DNA of 64,000 bases from Raja brachyura (Eukaryota), in contig OY740801.1 of assembly GCA_963514005.1 (NCBI GenBank), forward strand, positions 16,554,001 to 16,618,000. The letters run 5' to 3'. A program made the position numbers and the translations under genes. This document shows positions 37,281-50,459 of the stretch, in pieces. Position 1 is the first letter of the stretch. The number at the start of each line of letters is the position of its first letter. Under the pieces are notes generated by a model. It was not told the origin of the DNA. It searched no databases and saw nothing but the letters and a program-made list of their open reading frames with translations.

Positions 37281-38039
37281 ACTACTTCCAATTTTTAGGT
37301 AGGCTTATATATTTGTCACTTTAATTGAACTATCTCTGTACTGTATTTTCTTTGTCAATTTGCCTTCCCAGTTTAAGTCAGAGAACTTTTTAATATAGAA
37401 TACAGAAAGTATCTCTACTGGTAAGAACATTTTCCTGCAATATTCTTTGGTTCCATGAATATTCAGAAATATATCACTTTGCTCAGAACACATGTATTAA
37501 CTCAGGCGTTAAGTACAAGCTTCTACAGCCTTCTTGGGTCGAGAATTACAATATGTCACCACCCACTGTGTGAAGAAATTTCTCCTAATTTCTACGTTTT
37601 ATCGACTATCCATTACTTCGAGATTATAACCTTTAGCTAAATCAGCACAATCTAATAACGTGAACTAAGTTGAAAGCATGAAATCATAATCGTTGTCTGA
37701 ACAAAATCATTCTACATTTCTGCCATCTGAATTTCCAGGAATAGAATTTGTTCAGCAAAAATAACCCCATAGGACTTCAATTACATGCAGTCATGCATTG
37801 CTTCTATGCTCTTGATGTTGCCCAAGTTAAGTTGAAAACGCAACTGGTTTGGATGTAGTTCTATTGTGCGGGCAGGGCTGAAAGCTCATGAGGTTTTGAT
37901 TCTTTCTATTTTTTAAATAGCATGATTTCATTAAATTGAAGTGATACATTATGCCAATTTAATTAACATTTACAGATAAACATAACAGGTGTGAAAATCT
38001 GTTGTTAATTAAAGTATGTGAACGAGTGTATTTGATTGG

Positions 38040-38170
38040 GGTGTTCTCATTTTCTACCACATCCCAAAGATGTGTGGGATATGAAGTTTGTTGGCCATTG
38101 TAAAATTACCCCTAGTGTGTGGGTGAGTGGCAGAATCTGGGGACTGTTGCTGGGAATGTGGGGAAAATAA
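38040..38170 (+). mobile_element. V-SINE 3' fragment
   Basis: cacatcccaaagatgtgtgg...tgtaaaattacccctagtgtgt. Confidence 0.6.
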
Positions 38171-38219
38171 AACGGGGTTAGTTCAAATTACCTACTTGAT
38201 GATTGGCATGGATGTTAAT

Positions 38220-39415
38220 CTTTACTCTTTATTTCCGGTCTGCCAACCAATTTTTTATCTACCCCCAGTACCATGTGTTCTAATTTTGCCCACAAATCTC
38301 CCATGTGGGACCTTATCAAAGGCTTTCCGAAAGTCCAGGTACACTACACCCACTGGCTCTCCCTTGTCCATTTTACTTGTCGCATCCTCAAAAAATTCCA
38401 GAAGATTAGTCAAGCATGATTTCCCCTTCGCAAATCCATGCTGACTTGGACCGATCCTGTTACTGCTGTCCAAATGCGCTGCTATTACATCTTTAATAAT
38501 CGACTCAAGTATCTTCCCCCACCACCGATGGCAGGCTAACTCGTCTATAATTCCCTGATTTCTCTCTCCCTCTCTTAAAAAGTGTGATAACATTAGCTAC
38601 CCTCCAATCCGCAGGAACTGATCCAGAGTCTCTTGAACATTGGAAAATGATAACGAATGCGTCCACGATTTCTAGAGCCACCTCCTTGAGTATCCTGGGA
38701 TGCAGACCACCAGGCCCTGGGGATTTATCAACCTTCAGCTCATCAGTCTACCCAACACCATTTCCTGCCTAATGTGAATTTCCTTCAGTTCCTCCGTCAC
38801 CCAAGCGCCCTCTGGCCACGAGTACATCTGGGAGATTGTTTGTGTCTTCCTTAGTGAAGACAGAACCAAAGTACCTGTTCAACTCATGTGCCATTTCCTT
38901 GTTCCCCATAATAAATTCACCTGTTTCTGTCTTCAAGGGACCCCACATTTGTTTAACTTATTTTTTCCTCTTCACATACCCAAAGAAGCTCTTACTATCT
39001 TCCTTTATCTTCTTGGCTAGCTTACCTTCGTATTTTATCTTCTCTCCCCGTATTGCCTTTTTAGTTGCCTTCTGTTGAAGTTTCCCAATCCTCTGGCTTT
39101 CCACTCATCTTTGTTATGTTATACGTCTTCTCTTTCATTTTTATACTATCCTTGACATCCCTTGTCAGCCACGGTCGCCTCTTACTCCCCTTAGAATCTT
39201 TTTTCCTCTTTGAAATGAAATGATCCTGCATCTTCTGGATTATTCCCAGAAATACCTGCCATTGCTGTTCCACTGTCATCCCTGCTTGGGTCCCTTTCCA
39301 GTCAACTTTGGCCAGCTCCTCCCTCATGCCTCCATAGTCCCCTTTGTTCAACTGCAATACTCACCCTTCCGATTTTACCTTCTCCCTCTCAAATTGCGAA
39401 TTAAAGCTTATCATA
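38220..39415 (-). mobile_element. CR1 LINE ORF2 internal fragment
   Basis: QHGFAKGKSCLTNLLEFFE, VYLDFRKAFDKVPH (38255-38593). KGDYGGMREELAKVDW (39061-39357). Confidence 0.88.
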
Positions 39416-39429
39416 ATTGAATAAAATTA

Positions 39430-41200
39430 TGATCTGATCTGATCACAGTTTCAGACCCACTTTCTTGCCTGTTTATGTTTCTCTTGACTCATCAAGCATC
39501 TGTCTCACAGTTGAATATATATTCAATGATTCAGTCTCCATAGGTTTCTGAAATGGAGAATTCAAACAACACACCTTTGAGAGAAGGAATTCTTCCAGTA
39601 TTGTCTTGTTTAAGTAACCTTCATTAGGGAACAATGCTCCCTAGTTCTGGACTCCGAGAAGCAATATTTTCACTGCATTTGTACTGTCAGGTAATTTCAG
39701 AATCATGTATGTTTTAATTAGATTACCTTTCATCCTTCTGAACAATGCATATAAGGCCACAAGCTGTTATCCTGTGCAGTAATATTTATGTAGCATCTTA
39801 TCATATGCTCTTTGGAAAATCCAAATGCACTGTTTTTGTGGTCTTTTTTTTAACCACTCTGCTGGTCACATCTTCCTATCATTCTAATGTATATTAATCA
39901 CAATTTTCCTGTTATACTCTGTTATACGTGTTTACTCTGCTTAATCATGTTATGCCCTTGAAGTGTTCTTTATCACTTCCTTCATAATGGTTTCCAGCAT
40001 TTTACCCAACCACAGATGTTAGGTTAACTGGCCATTAGTTCCCTGATTTTTTTGTCATCTTTTGAACATTTACATCTACCAATTTGAAAGACTTTTAAAG
40101 AATCTAGTTAATTTTGGAAAAAAAAAATTCAATTCATCCAATATCTCTGTAGCCACCTCTTTTGGACCTTTGGGCACAGTTATCAGTGGCAAAGGATTTG
40201 CCAGACACAGTCATATTAATTTGACAAGTATTTTTCTTCAGTAATATTGTTTCAAGTCCTCACTGTGGCCCCTTGGTTACCTACTGTTTTTGGTATGCTG
40301 TTATTATCTTCTACTGTGAAGACGGATACAAAATATTTGTTTAAAGTCTGCACTATTTCCATATCCTGCATTATTACCTACTCTCTTGTAGTTTTAAGGC
40401 ACCAATGTGGACATTTTTATACTCCTTCACACATCTTTTTCTTTGTATTTCTTCCTTCTTCATTCTCATGTTCCATTTACTCTGCCCTTATCAATTTTAA
40501 TTATCTGTTGCTCGTTTCTAAAATTCACCTTATGTTCAGGCCTACTTTTATTCTTTGCAAATTGTTCATTAATTTCAATATAATGGGTTCATAAGCTGTG
40601 AACAATCATGTTCCTGGTCATATGTACCTTTTTCAGTGGAATACCTATTCATTCAGAAGTACGATAAATATTTCTCGGTGTATGCCTTTACTGTTATACT
40701 TTTCAATTAATTTCTCAATCTAGCAAACTTGCTCTCTGTACTCATGTAATTATTTTCATTAAACTTAAGGCTCTAGTTTTGGACATTCACAAATCCTCAG
40801 CAGCAAAGTGCTTAATTAATTGCATTGCCACATTAAACCCCATTGTTTCTTGATTGATAGTCCAACAATAGAGCATCTGCGACGAGTGTTATATATCAGA
40901 CACATTAGTTCTTTCTTCTCCTTGTACCTTCTTGTTCTTCTGATCTTTGAGCCATGGTCCTTCTCACTACTGCCATGTTTTATCAAAGCTACCTCGCTCA
41001 TCACCTTCCAATCTCATTTTTCATTCTGCCTTTTTCCTTAAATGTCAAATACCCTGGAATTTTAATTTGCTTGCCTCAATCCGTTTGTAACCATGTTCTT
41101 CTAATGGCTGTTAGCTCAGATCTGTGTTTGTGCCAGTCATTCATCAATCTTGTTCCAAATGCTTTATGGATTTAGATGAACAGTATTAAATTTTGACATT
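39430..41200 (-). mobile_element. Older degenerate CR1 sequence
   Basis: Fragmentary similarity to the adjacent CR1 (e.g. cttctactgtgaagacggatacaaaatatttgtt; gatgttaggttaactggcc). Confidence 0.55.
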
Positions 41201-42384
41201 TTTATCATTTGGTCTTTGATGTATTTGCTGCCACACTATTATTGTTGTGTACACTGTCTCTTCTTGTTACATTTAAATTCTTTATATTGCTCCTGGTGTT
41301 ATTACCATTGCCTATTACATCTGCTTATTACCTGGTGCTATGCATATTTCTTACCTGAACCCACTACCACATCTATTTAATTTAAGGTCATATCTGCAGC
41401 CAAGTTGTTTAATTCCTACCATTTCTTGGGAGGAGGTTTCCTTTGCCATGTCCCCTACCTTACCATAGTGACTATTTTTTTTAAAGTACTTCACAGTTCC
41501 TAAAATGCTTTGGGGTAATACACAGTTGTGAAAAGTGCTTTCAGGTCGCCTGCCAGGAGTGGGTATGAATGTTAAGAGAAAGTCGAGGCACTTCCTATTC
41601 TGTGCAATAATTGGCAGGTGACTTTTAATAGGTCAGGAAACTTGCCTGGTTAGAAATCTGAGGCCATTAGAAGTCAAGAAACAGTAGAGGCATTCAGAAG
41701 GTCACGGAGCATCCACTGGGAGACCACGCTGATGCTTTGAATTTTGAATCCTTCCTAATTCTGAGGATTTGTTGAATATCTGTGAAGTTGACATGTTCTT
41801 GTGACAGATGGTTCCTGACCTGCTGAGTGTCTTAGCGCTTTACTTTTCCTGACTGGCTGAGATGGGCCGGTTTTGGTTTCAGGAAGTGGAAGCTAAACAT
41901 TCACCCGCAGGGAGGAAGACGAGAAAATGTGATGAGGAATTCACAGGATTCTACAGCAAACGGGGTAAAGAATGATCTTGACAGGGTCTTGGGAAACGGC
42001 TATGGGAGCTTGACGGGTGATTTGCAATAATGTGAGCAGGCATCACCTCACAAAGAGTGTAAGACGTACAGAGGTTCTCTTCAGAATTTATAGGTTGGCC
42101 ATTTTTACCACAGGGACATTCCTTTCATTCTGAGTGATTCAGTTGATGATGTTGGGTTTTCTCTCTGCGGGAAACAGACTTTCCCTTGAGCTATCAATTA
42201 ACATGAGCACTAAATTGTTCTTTGTTTTTCTCCAAAACAAATCCTGAAAATTGTCTTGGTACGTGGCCACACTGTGATAGCCAAAAGGTTGCAAGAATGG
42301 ATGTTATCATTGTGCCAGCACTAATTCCGGTTTCGCATTAACACCTGGTTAGATAAAATTTAAAAAAGTGAAAGTTGACAAGTT

Positions 42385-42810
42385 ATAGCGAGAGGGTGGA
42401 TAAGCTGGATTTTTTCCTCTGGCGCGTATGAGCCTCAGGGATGGCATTATAGAGGTATATTAAATCATGTGAGGCATAGATAAGATGCATGGTCACAGTC
42501 TTTTTCTCAGGATAGAGGAGTCCAGAACAAGAGGGCATAGGTCTAAGACGATAGGGGAAAGATTTAAAAGACTTGAGGGGCAATTTCAACTCATAAACGG
42601 TGGTTTGTGCATGGAATGAGCTGCCAGAGGGACTGATAGAGGTGAGTACAATGGTGGCATCTAAAAGATAATTAGACATCTACATGGGAAGGAATGATTT
42701 AGAGGGATACGGACCAAACACATGTAAATGGGACTTGCTCAGTAGAAACACCTAGTAAACATGGACGGGTTGGGCCGAAGAGTCTGTTTTGGTGCTGCTT
42801 GTCTCAATAA
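42385..42810 (+). mobile_element. CR1 LINE 3' fragment
   Basis: tatagcgagagggtggataagctgg...tccagaacaagagggcataggtctaag...tggaatgagctgccagagg...gggccgaagagtctgttt. Confidence 0.75.
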
Positions 42811-43109
42811 CTGATGTTCAGAAGTCTTCTAGATTGACTGTGATGTTGTTAGCTCAGCATTTTAATGCAAAACATAAATCAGGGAATAGAATGAAATGGA
42901 GAAATGCAGTTTAACTCATTGATTGTGGATGATCAGCCATGATCACTTTCATTCAAGTGGCAGCATGGCAGACCTTTGCTTAATAAAATGGCAAAATGAG
43001 TTGTTCTGTATAAATGTTATATGAGCTAGGTTACCAATAATTGTTATACAGATCCCAGTTGTCCCAGGGAGAATGCTAATGTAGTAAATATTAATAGTTC
43101 AAAGATATT

Positions 43110-43375
43110 CCCTTATTGAAAAGCTTTTGTTGCGTGCTAACCAGTTAGCGGAAAGACGATACATGATTACAATCAAACCACCCACAGTGTAAAGATACAT
43201 GAATGACATTTATTGCAAGATAAAGCCAGTAAAGATCCATCAAAGATCGTCTGAGGGTCTCTATTGAGGGAGATAGTAGTTCAGGACTGCTCTCTAGTTG
43301 TGGTAGGATGGTTCAGTTGCCTGATTACAGCTGGGATAAAACTGTCCCTTAATCTGGAGGTGTGCGTTTTCACAT
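43110..43375 (-). mobile_element. Rex1/Babar-like LINE 3' fragment
   Basis: Reverse-complement homology to 47560-47810 (cagctgggataaaactgtcccttaatctggaggtgtgcgttt). Confidence 0.65.
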
Positions 43376-46300
43376 TGAATTGGAAACTTTTATTACCTTT
43401 GTTGCCACTTTCCTCCTTGCTCTCACCGTCATATGCTCTAGCATCTTCTTTCCCATTCTCAACCTCGCCATCTCAATTTGAGAAGCTGGACTAGTGATTA
43501 GTATCTTCTGAAAACCTAATAATACCTTTAGCTACTTGGACCATTTTTTCCATCTTACTTCTTACAAGGATTACATTCTGTTGTCCCAGTTTCTCTGCCT
43601 CTGCTCCTTCTTCTTCCACTTGCACCTCCTCCTAACCAATTAATTGCTACACTCATCATTTACTATTTTTTATCACCTTGCATTATTATCCCTTTTCTCA
43701 CTTTCTTGTCCCATCCTATCAGATTTTCCCTTTGGTTCTCTTCTCCCTTCTCTTGGTCTCATTCTGTGTCTTTCAAATATTCCTCAGTTCTGACCAAATA
43801 CATCAACTCGAAACATTATCGCGTGGATTCCATTGATGCAGCCTGACCAGCTGTCTGTTATTGCATTTTCTGTTTCAATGAAATAAATGCTCAGGCAGTT
43901 GCTTTGAAAAATAAACATACTCTGGTGCATAACTTATGATTTTAGCTGGATTTCAAATGCATACACCACTCTTAAAAAAAAAAGTATAATTATAGGTTGC
44001 ATAAACGCTTTGAGTAGTGAGGAAATATAAAGGTAGATGGTGCTCAGTTAAGTTTTTCCACACGTGTTTCAGTAAGGTAGTTATGAATCAATTTATTCAA
44101 ATATTTTATTAAAAGCAAGCCTCACACACAACCTATTGTATTTTGTACCTGACATACATCGAATTGAATATTTTGCAGAATATGTAGGTTTCCTTTCTTC
44201 CAACTTCTATACTGCAGCTGGAAGAGGTTGTGCTGTTTATTTTGCAACTGTAGCCTCTGTAATCTTGCACTTGGATTCGTTACATAGGAAAAACTTTTGA
44301 GTTATCAACCACGCAATTATCTCGCTGCTTTTTATATCAGCTGAGAGAACAATAGCAGTACACATACTGCACACGATACGTAATAAGCTAGTTTTACTAC
44401 TGTACTTTTTATTGAATGGTCCTGCCAGTTAAAAGTAACCTGTCATCTGATACAAAACAGGAGTTGTTTGCTGATCTTCCGTGTAAGTTAATGGATCCTA
44501 TTAATGACTGACACCTCTTTGTGTAGGGTTGGTCACTGCAGATAAAAATCTTTTTTTCACATTTCCCTTTTGTGTCTCTTTCGCACGTTAACAAAAGAGG
44601 CTATAAGAAAAGGTTCTGAATAAAAAGAAAGCAGGTTTGTGGAAAGGTGAAAGTGGCAAGAACAGTCGATGGAACTGATTGCTCATATTGGAGAGCCACG
44701 GTTGGTTTTGAAAATATCTGCAAACGGGAGGAGTGTAATTGTCAATAAAAGGACCGATTATAAATTTGGTTTACAATGAAAGTTGAGACGTTGAAGAAGA
44801 GTACTTACAGGAAAAGAAATTTATTTCCAGCTGGGTAAGAAATGTTTTAATTGAAATGGTTGTGATTAATCAATAAGATATGCGTACTACAGGTATATAG
44901 ATTGTATTTAAAATCCCTGCAATTGTTTTTATTGCAAACTAGCATGCTTCAGTCCTAATATTCTCTGAGATGTAGTGAGAGAATGCAGAGGGTTAGTATG
45001 ATGCATACAGTTATTTCAGGAATTTGCATCCAGTGTCTTAGTAACTAATGGTGTAGGATGGTTATTAAAATTGATGTACAAAACTTAATTGTTGTTGACC
45101 CTTGGAGTTTGGTTATTAAATGATCTGGTGGATTAAATCCATGATCTCTAACTAATGTCATAGAAAGACAGCGGAATGGATTCAGCCTTGATCGCTCCTT
45201 TTCTCTCTCTTATGTTAAATTATTACCTTGTAAATTTTTTTGAAAAGCTTTTGAATGTGCAATATCTGCCAAGCCCGGAGTAATTTGTCATGTCATTCGC
45301 TATTTGGCTCTCTTCAGGTTTTACAAGTTTTTACACTTGCAAGGGTTTAGGTATTTGGCACATTGGCATTCTGTCCTTGTCCACCTCAGGCTTGTTGAAG
45401 TTACACAAGTTGTTCTACTGTCGCTATGGTTTGTATCACTGGAGTCTCTAACCTGGTCCCACATGTTTCAGTGAACCCTTGTAATGCCTACAGCGACATC
45501 TTATGTTCCTGTATGTTCACATATGGAGTGTCCAGGAAATGTACATTTTGCCTGCTAGTGTTTCTTTTCTGGATACATTCCATTGATAAAGCGATTGCAA
45601 ATACGGCAACATATGAAATGAACAGCATAGTCACTTTTTACATTGTAAATAAATTCAGCAGCTCATTTGTGCTCAGTGGCCTCCTCGGCAAATGCAAGAG
45701 ATTTCAAGAGAAATAAATCACTGGTGTGAGTTGTCTGTAATCCGCTTTATAGTTACAGATTATAAACCTGAAAGTAATGGGTCGTGTAAGAAAGGTACTT
45801 CAATCATCATGGGCAGCTGTAATCATCAAAAAGATTGGATAAATTAAATTGCGAAGGGTGATTTTGAGGATGATTTCAAGGAATATATTTAGGATGCTTT
45901 CTTAGAACAATAGGTTGTGGAACCAAGCAGGGAGTAGGATTAATTAATGATCAGTTAGTGAAGGATCCTCTGAGGAAGAGTGATGATATGATAGAATTTC
46001 AAATTCAGAGTGAGAAGCTGAAGTTTGAAATAAATATCTGAAATACAAATAAGGCAATCACACAAATATAAAGGTAGTAATGGCTAAGGTAGATTAGAAA
46101 ATATTAAGATGATACATAACCAGTGGTAGACATTAAGGGGAATATGTAATAAATCTTAAGAAATATATATTTTATTCTGAAGTTAGGGATAAGGTGGCGG
46201 GACTGATTGCAAAAATTGTAAAAACCTGCTAAGAGTGAAGGGAGGAGATAGGTTGAGAATAAGTTTGAAAGAATTATAAAAACAGACAGTAAGATCTTCG

Positions 46301-46454
46301 GTGAATGAATAAAGAGGTAAAGAAGAGTTAAAATAAATTTTGATTCCTTGCTGGAAGATATATGCAAATTAACAGGAATATGGAATGGTTGAAACACTGA
46401 ACCACTACTTTGAATATATTCCTACAGTAGGAGATGCAAGAGTATTCCATTAAC

Positions 46455-46660
46455 AGAGCCAAGGGAGGAGGAGGAGGGAATATCTATGAGAGGGAGCGGA
46501 AGTTGTTCAATTTGATATTGAGTTTGGAACCCGCTGCATGCCCACATGGAGGATAGGCACAGTTCCTGCAGCTTGCCTTAAGCCTTGTTATAACAGTACA
46601 GGAAGCCACAGAAGTTTCAGAGTGGGAATGAGATGGAGAATTAAAGTGATGGTCAAGTGG
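46455..46660 (-). mobile_element. Penelope-like GIY-YIG C-terminal remnant
   Basis: ORF 46484-46666 contains HFNSPSHSHS...LNIKLNNFR, the pattern of Penelope-like ORF ends. Confidence 0.6.
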
Positions 46661-47289
46661 AAACAAAGGACTATTTTTACTTTCCCAAGCAGAAGATACA
46701 GACGCTTCAAGATTTGTGTAAGGGTTACGTCCCTGGGGCCCTTGTGTAAGTCAGATGTTAGGTAAGTCAGGGATTGCCTGTACTTGCCCTGGTGGTACTT
46801 TTTTGATAAGGTATGGGATTACAGTAAAACTCCTGTAATCCTGCGGTTTTGGGACTTCGGTGCCTGAGCCATAGATTTTTCAGATTATTGGATGTTACTA
46901 TCAATATCAAAATGCACTATTATTTCATTAGTATTTTTACACATTACAAAGTAGTAATATAATACATTTTTCAGTGACCCAGTGACTAAGGAGAACAGGA
47001 AATGTACTTAATACCTGCCTCTTAGCACAAACCTACTGACATTCCCGACCCCTTGTGTTCCAGACCAGAGCCCTGGCAGCACTCCATACTCCCAGCTCTG
47101 GCTGCACACCTTCCCTCCTTGCACTCAGGGAGAAACTTGAATGAAAATTGTTGACTTTGTGAAACACACAGTAAGTCTCCTACTTTCCTTTTGTGAATTT
47201 ATTTACAATTGGAAGTGATTTGTGTACTGTTGCAAAGGGTGATCTAACTGACTGCTTCACTATGCAATAATGTTAAGTTTCACAATATC

Positions 47290-47855
47290 CCCAACTTCTA
47301 CAGATGCACCATAGAAAGCATTTTATCAAGATGAATTACAGCTTGGTTTGTGAACAGCTCCATCCAAGACCGCAAGAAGTTGCAGCGAATTGTGGACGCA
47401 GCCCAGACCACCACACAAACCACCCTCCCTTTTATTGACTCAATTTATACCTCATGCTGCCTCAACATGGCCAGCAGCATAATCATGGATGAGTCGCACC
47501 CTGGCCACTTCCGCTTCTCCCCTCTCTCATCAGGCAAAAGGTATAAAAGTGTGTAAACGCACACCACCAGATTCAGGGACAGTTTCTTCCCAGCTGTTAT
47601 CAGGCAACAGAATCATCCTAACACAACCAGAGAGCTGTGCTGAACTACTATCTACTTCGTTGGTAACCTTCGGACTATCATTGATTGGACTTTGCTGGCT
47701 TTATCTTGCACTAAACAGTATTCCCTTATCATGTATATGTACACTGTAAATGGCTCGCTTGTAATCATGTAATTATCTTTCTGCTGACTGGATAGCATGC
47801 ACCAAAAGCTTCTCACTGTACCTCGGTGCACATGACATTAAACTAAACTGAACTC
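47290..47855 (+). mobile_element. Rex1/Babar-like LINE 3' fragment
   Basis: NFYRCTIESILS...AWF..SSIQDRKKLQRIVDAAQ...HPGH.RFSPLSSGKRY. Tail attaaactaaactgaact. Confidence 0.8.
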
Positions 47856-49156
47856 TCCATTTTGTAACCTTTGCTCAATTATTTCTTCAGAAATGTTGCC
47901 ATTGAGATATTGAGGGAAAAAATGTTTAAATATTTCTGATACATGCAATGTACTAAATTAATCTTTAACTAGGTTGTGATTCACTTTTCAGTGTGATTGC
48001 ATAGTTTCAGAAAAAAAAGTATTTTTGTGAAAAGCCAAAGGCAAGAGAAGGTATTTGCAATGGATGTTCGACTTGATTCCCCGATATTAAATCTGTTTCT
48101 CCTACTGAAAGTGTGTCTGGCTTGCTGAGTGTTTCTAGCATTTTGTGTCTTTATTTCAGATTTACACCATCCACAGTTTTTTTATTTTTGTAAGGGTGTT
48201 TCATCCACTAAAATGTGTTTCCTAGTCCCAGTTTAGCTCACCCAGCCCAGGATTGACATGGTGTTCAAATACCCTTAATGCTTCTGGTACGACTCTAAAC
48301 TGCTTTAATTTATCCAGAAGTATCAATCGATGAATTGAGATCAGTTTAGAATTTACCTAGCTTTAATTTTACAGAAAATTATATTCATAGTAATGCCCAT
48401 GTTACAGGTGATTTAAATTTGGATTTAATTTTGGAAGAGGTAAAAGTTTGCTCTAACCAGTTTGTCTTTTTTATTTATGGATGACCAAATGAAGCAGGGA
48501 GGCTTGGAAACTAAATGACACCTGTAAAAAAAAAAGAAAGAAATGACACTAGGAAAGAAAATCCCCATGATGTTTCTCTCACTTAAAGATTTAACTATGT
48601 ACTGGAGGTGAATAGGAACAAGAGTTTCCGGGGTTCCCGGAAGGGATTCCTTTAAGTTATAACAAAGTGAGCTTGACAAACATTGTCAAGGCTTGCTTCA
48701 ACATCAGTGGCTCTTGCCTTTGTGGACCATGCATGTGTTCTCCATGTACCCATTGTACTGCATGTCTGGCTCATCCCTGTATTGGTGTGTGAGACATGAT
48801 GAAACCGGTACAAAAAATGTTGACTTTGTACAACTCGTAGAAAGTTTCCTACTTTCCTTTTGTAGTGGACTTATTTTCAATTGGAAGTGATTTGTGTAGT
48901 GTTGTAATTCTTGATATTTGTTTCTTAAACCAAAATCCAATCTAAGAACACGACTTTGAATCTGGCAATAGTACTAGACAGACATTTTTGGCAAGATAAT
49001 TTTTATTTTGACCAAAGTGTTGAGCAATTGTTATCACCAACCGTCTTATATAATGTCAAGTGTGTCAGTGTTCCAAGAGGTTAAGATAAATTTACGTGTG
49101 ATTTATGTTGTGGTTCATTCAATGTTATTCACTAATAATTCTCTTTTTTTTTTCAG

Positions 49157-49466
49157 TCATGGCCTTTTCTGTTGCTTACCACCAAAACAGGCAGTTACTG
49201 GGAAAGGAAGGATTGCTACCAAGCCATCTGTATTTAAGGAAGGTTCAACAATATGCTGGGGGTAAAGTTGGCATTGAAGCTTTCAGTTATGCACCAACAA
49301 TTCTGTGGTTCCTGGATTGGTCTGACATGGACATACATCTAAACAATATTGCTTTGCTGGGAATGGGACTATCGGTGTTTGTATTGGTCACGGGATGTGC
49401 CAATATGATTATCATGTTCATCTTATGGATCCTGTATCATTCGTTGGTGAACATCGGTCAGATTTG
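49157..49466 (+). CDS. LMF1: LMF1 coding exon 2 (310 bp)
   Basis: Acceptor ttttttttttcag|TC. Encodes (F)MAFSVAYHQNRQLLGKEGLLP...APTILWFLDWSDMD...GCANMIIMFILWILYHSLVNIGQI(W). Donor ATT TG|gtgagt. In frame with exon 1. Confidence 0.95.
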
Positions 49467-49766
49467 GTGAGTGATGCGACTACTTTATTGTACAGGCCTA
49501 GTGGGATTTTTTTTTGTTTCTCTTTCTAATTAGTTAATTACTACTTTCTGTTGCATGGAGAAATGCTGCCATGTTAAAAAGCCAGATAGCAGTAGAATTC
49601 AAAATTTGGTGTTGAGGTTTGACGTGACGTGGATAGAAAGCTTCATGAGAACTCCTGCAGAGGATAATCTAATTTAATTATATCCTTCAGTTTGTTCAGT
49701 CTATTGCATCTAGTTTGTATTCAAGCTGAGACTACAATTGTGGGCACATCTCCAGTACATAAATAT

Positions 49767-49981
49767 GTAGGAAGGAACGACAGATGCTGGTTTGAACCGA
49801 AGATAGACACAAAAAGCTGGAGTAACTCAGCAGGACAGGCAGCATCTCTGGGGAGAAGGAATGGTGACGTTTCGGGTCGAGACCCTTCTTCAGTCTGAAA
49901 AAGGGTCTCGACCTGAAACGTCACCCATTCCTTCTCTTCAGAGATGCTGCCTGTCCTGCTGAGTTACTCCAGCTTTTTGTG
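49767..49981. mobile_element. Penelope-derived near-perfect fold-back element with back-to-back hammerhead cores
   Basis: TSD TCCAGT(A/G)CATAAATAT (49751-49766 and 49982-49997). Palindrome centred on 49894. Minus core 49893-49866 is intact; plus core 49895-49922 has CTGAAAA. Confidence 0.9.
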
Positions 49982-50459
49982 TCCAGTGCATAAATATATT
50001 GGCTTCTTAGCCCAACCAGAGGGCTCCTCCCTAAAGTTTGATGAAAAATGAAAGGCTGCATGCAGTTCTAGAGATTCGTAAAATGTCTTGTCATCAAACT
50101 CCCAAACCCTGACTACACAAAAAAATGTACGTATTGTCTTTCACCTGGCTGTGGTCTGCAATAATGTAATGTGATGACTGCTTTTTACCAATGTGAAAAG
50201 GGAAAAGATATGAGCCTTAACTTTCGATTAGTTAAATGAGATTCATTGGATATTATAAATATGGGCACAATACACTTTGTCCATGTTAAAAAATTGAGAT
50301 ATTAATCTGCGACCACTCAAAAAACAATGCCATGAAAAATATATTCAATCCCTGAAGATAGCTTGCAGTAGAGCCTTGGGCTGACCTAAGAGCTTAACAA
50401 ATAGAATTTGGAGAAACTCATTCAGTGGGCTCTACCATTCATTAAGAGCATGGTTAATA

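Noticed and set aside
46820-46900. TA-CAGTAAAACTCC, a possible Tigger-like MITE end
   Set aside because: No convincing partner TIR found.
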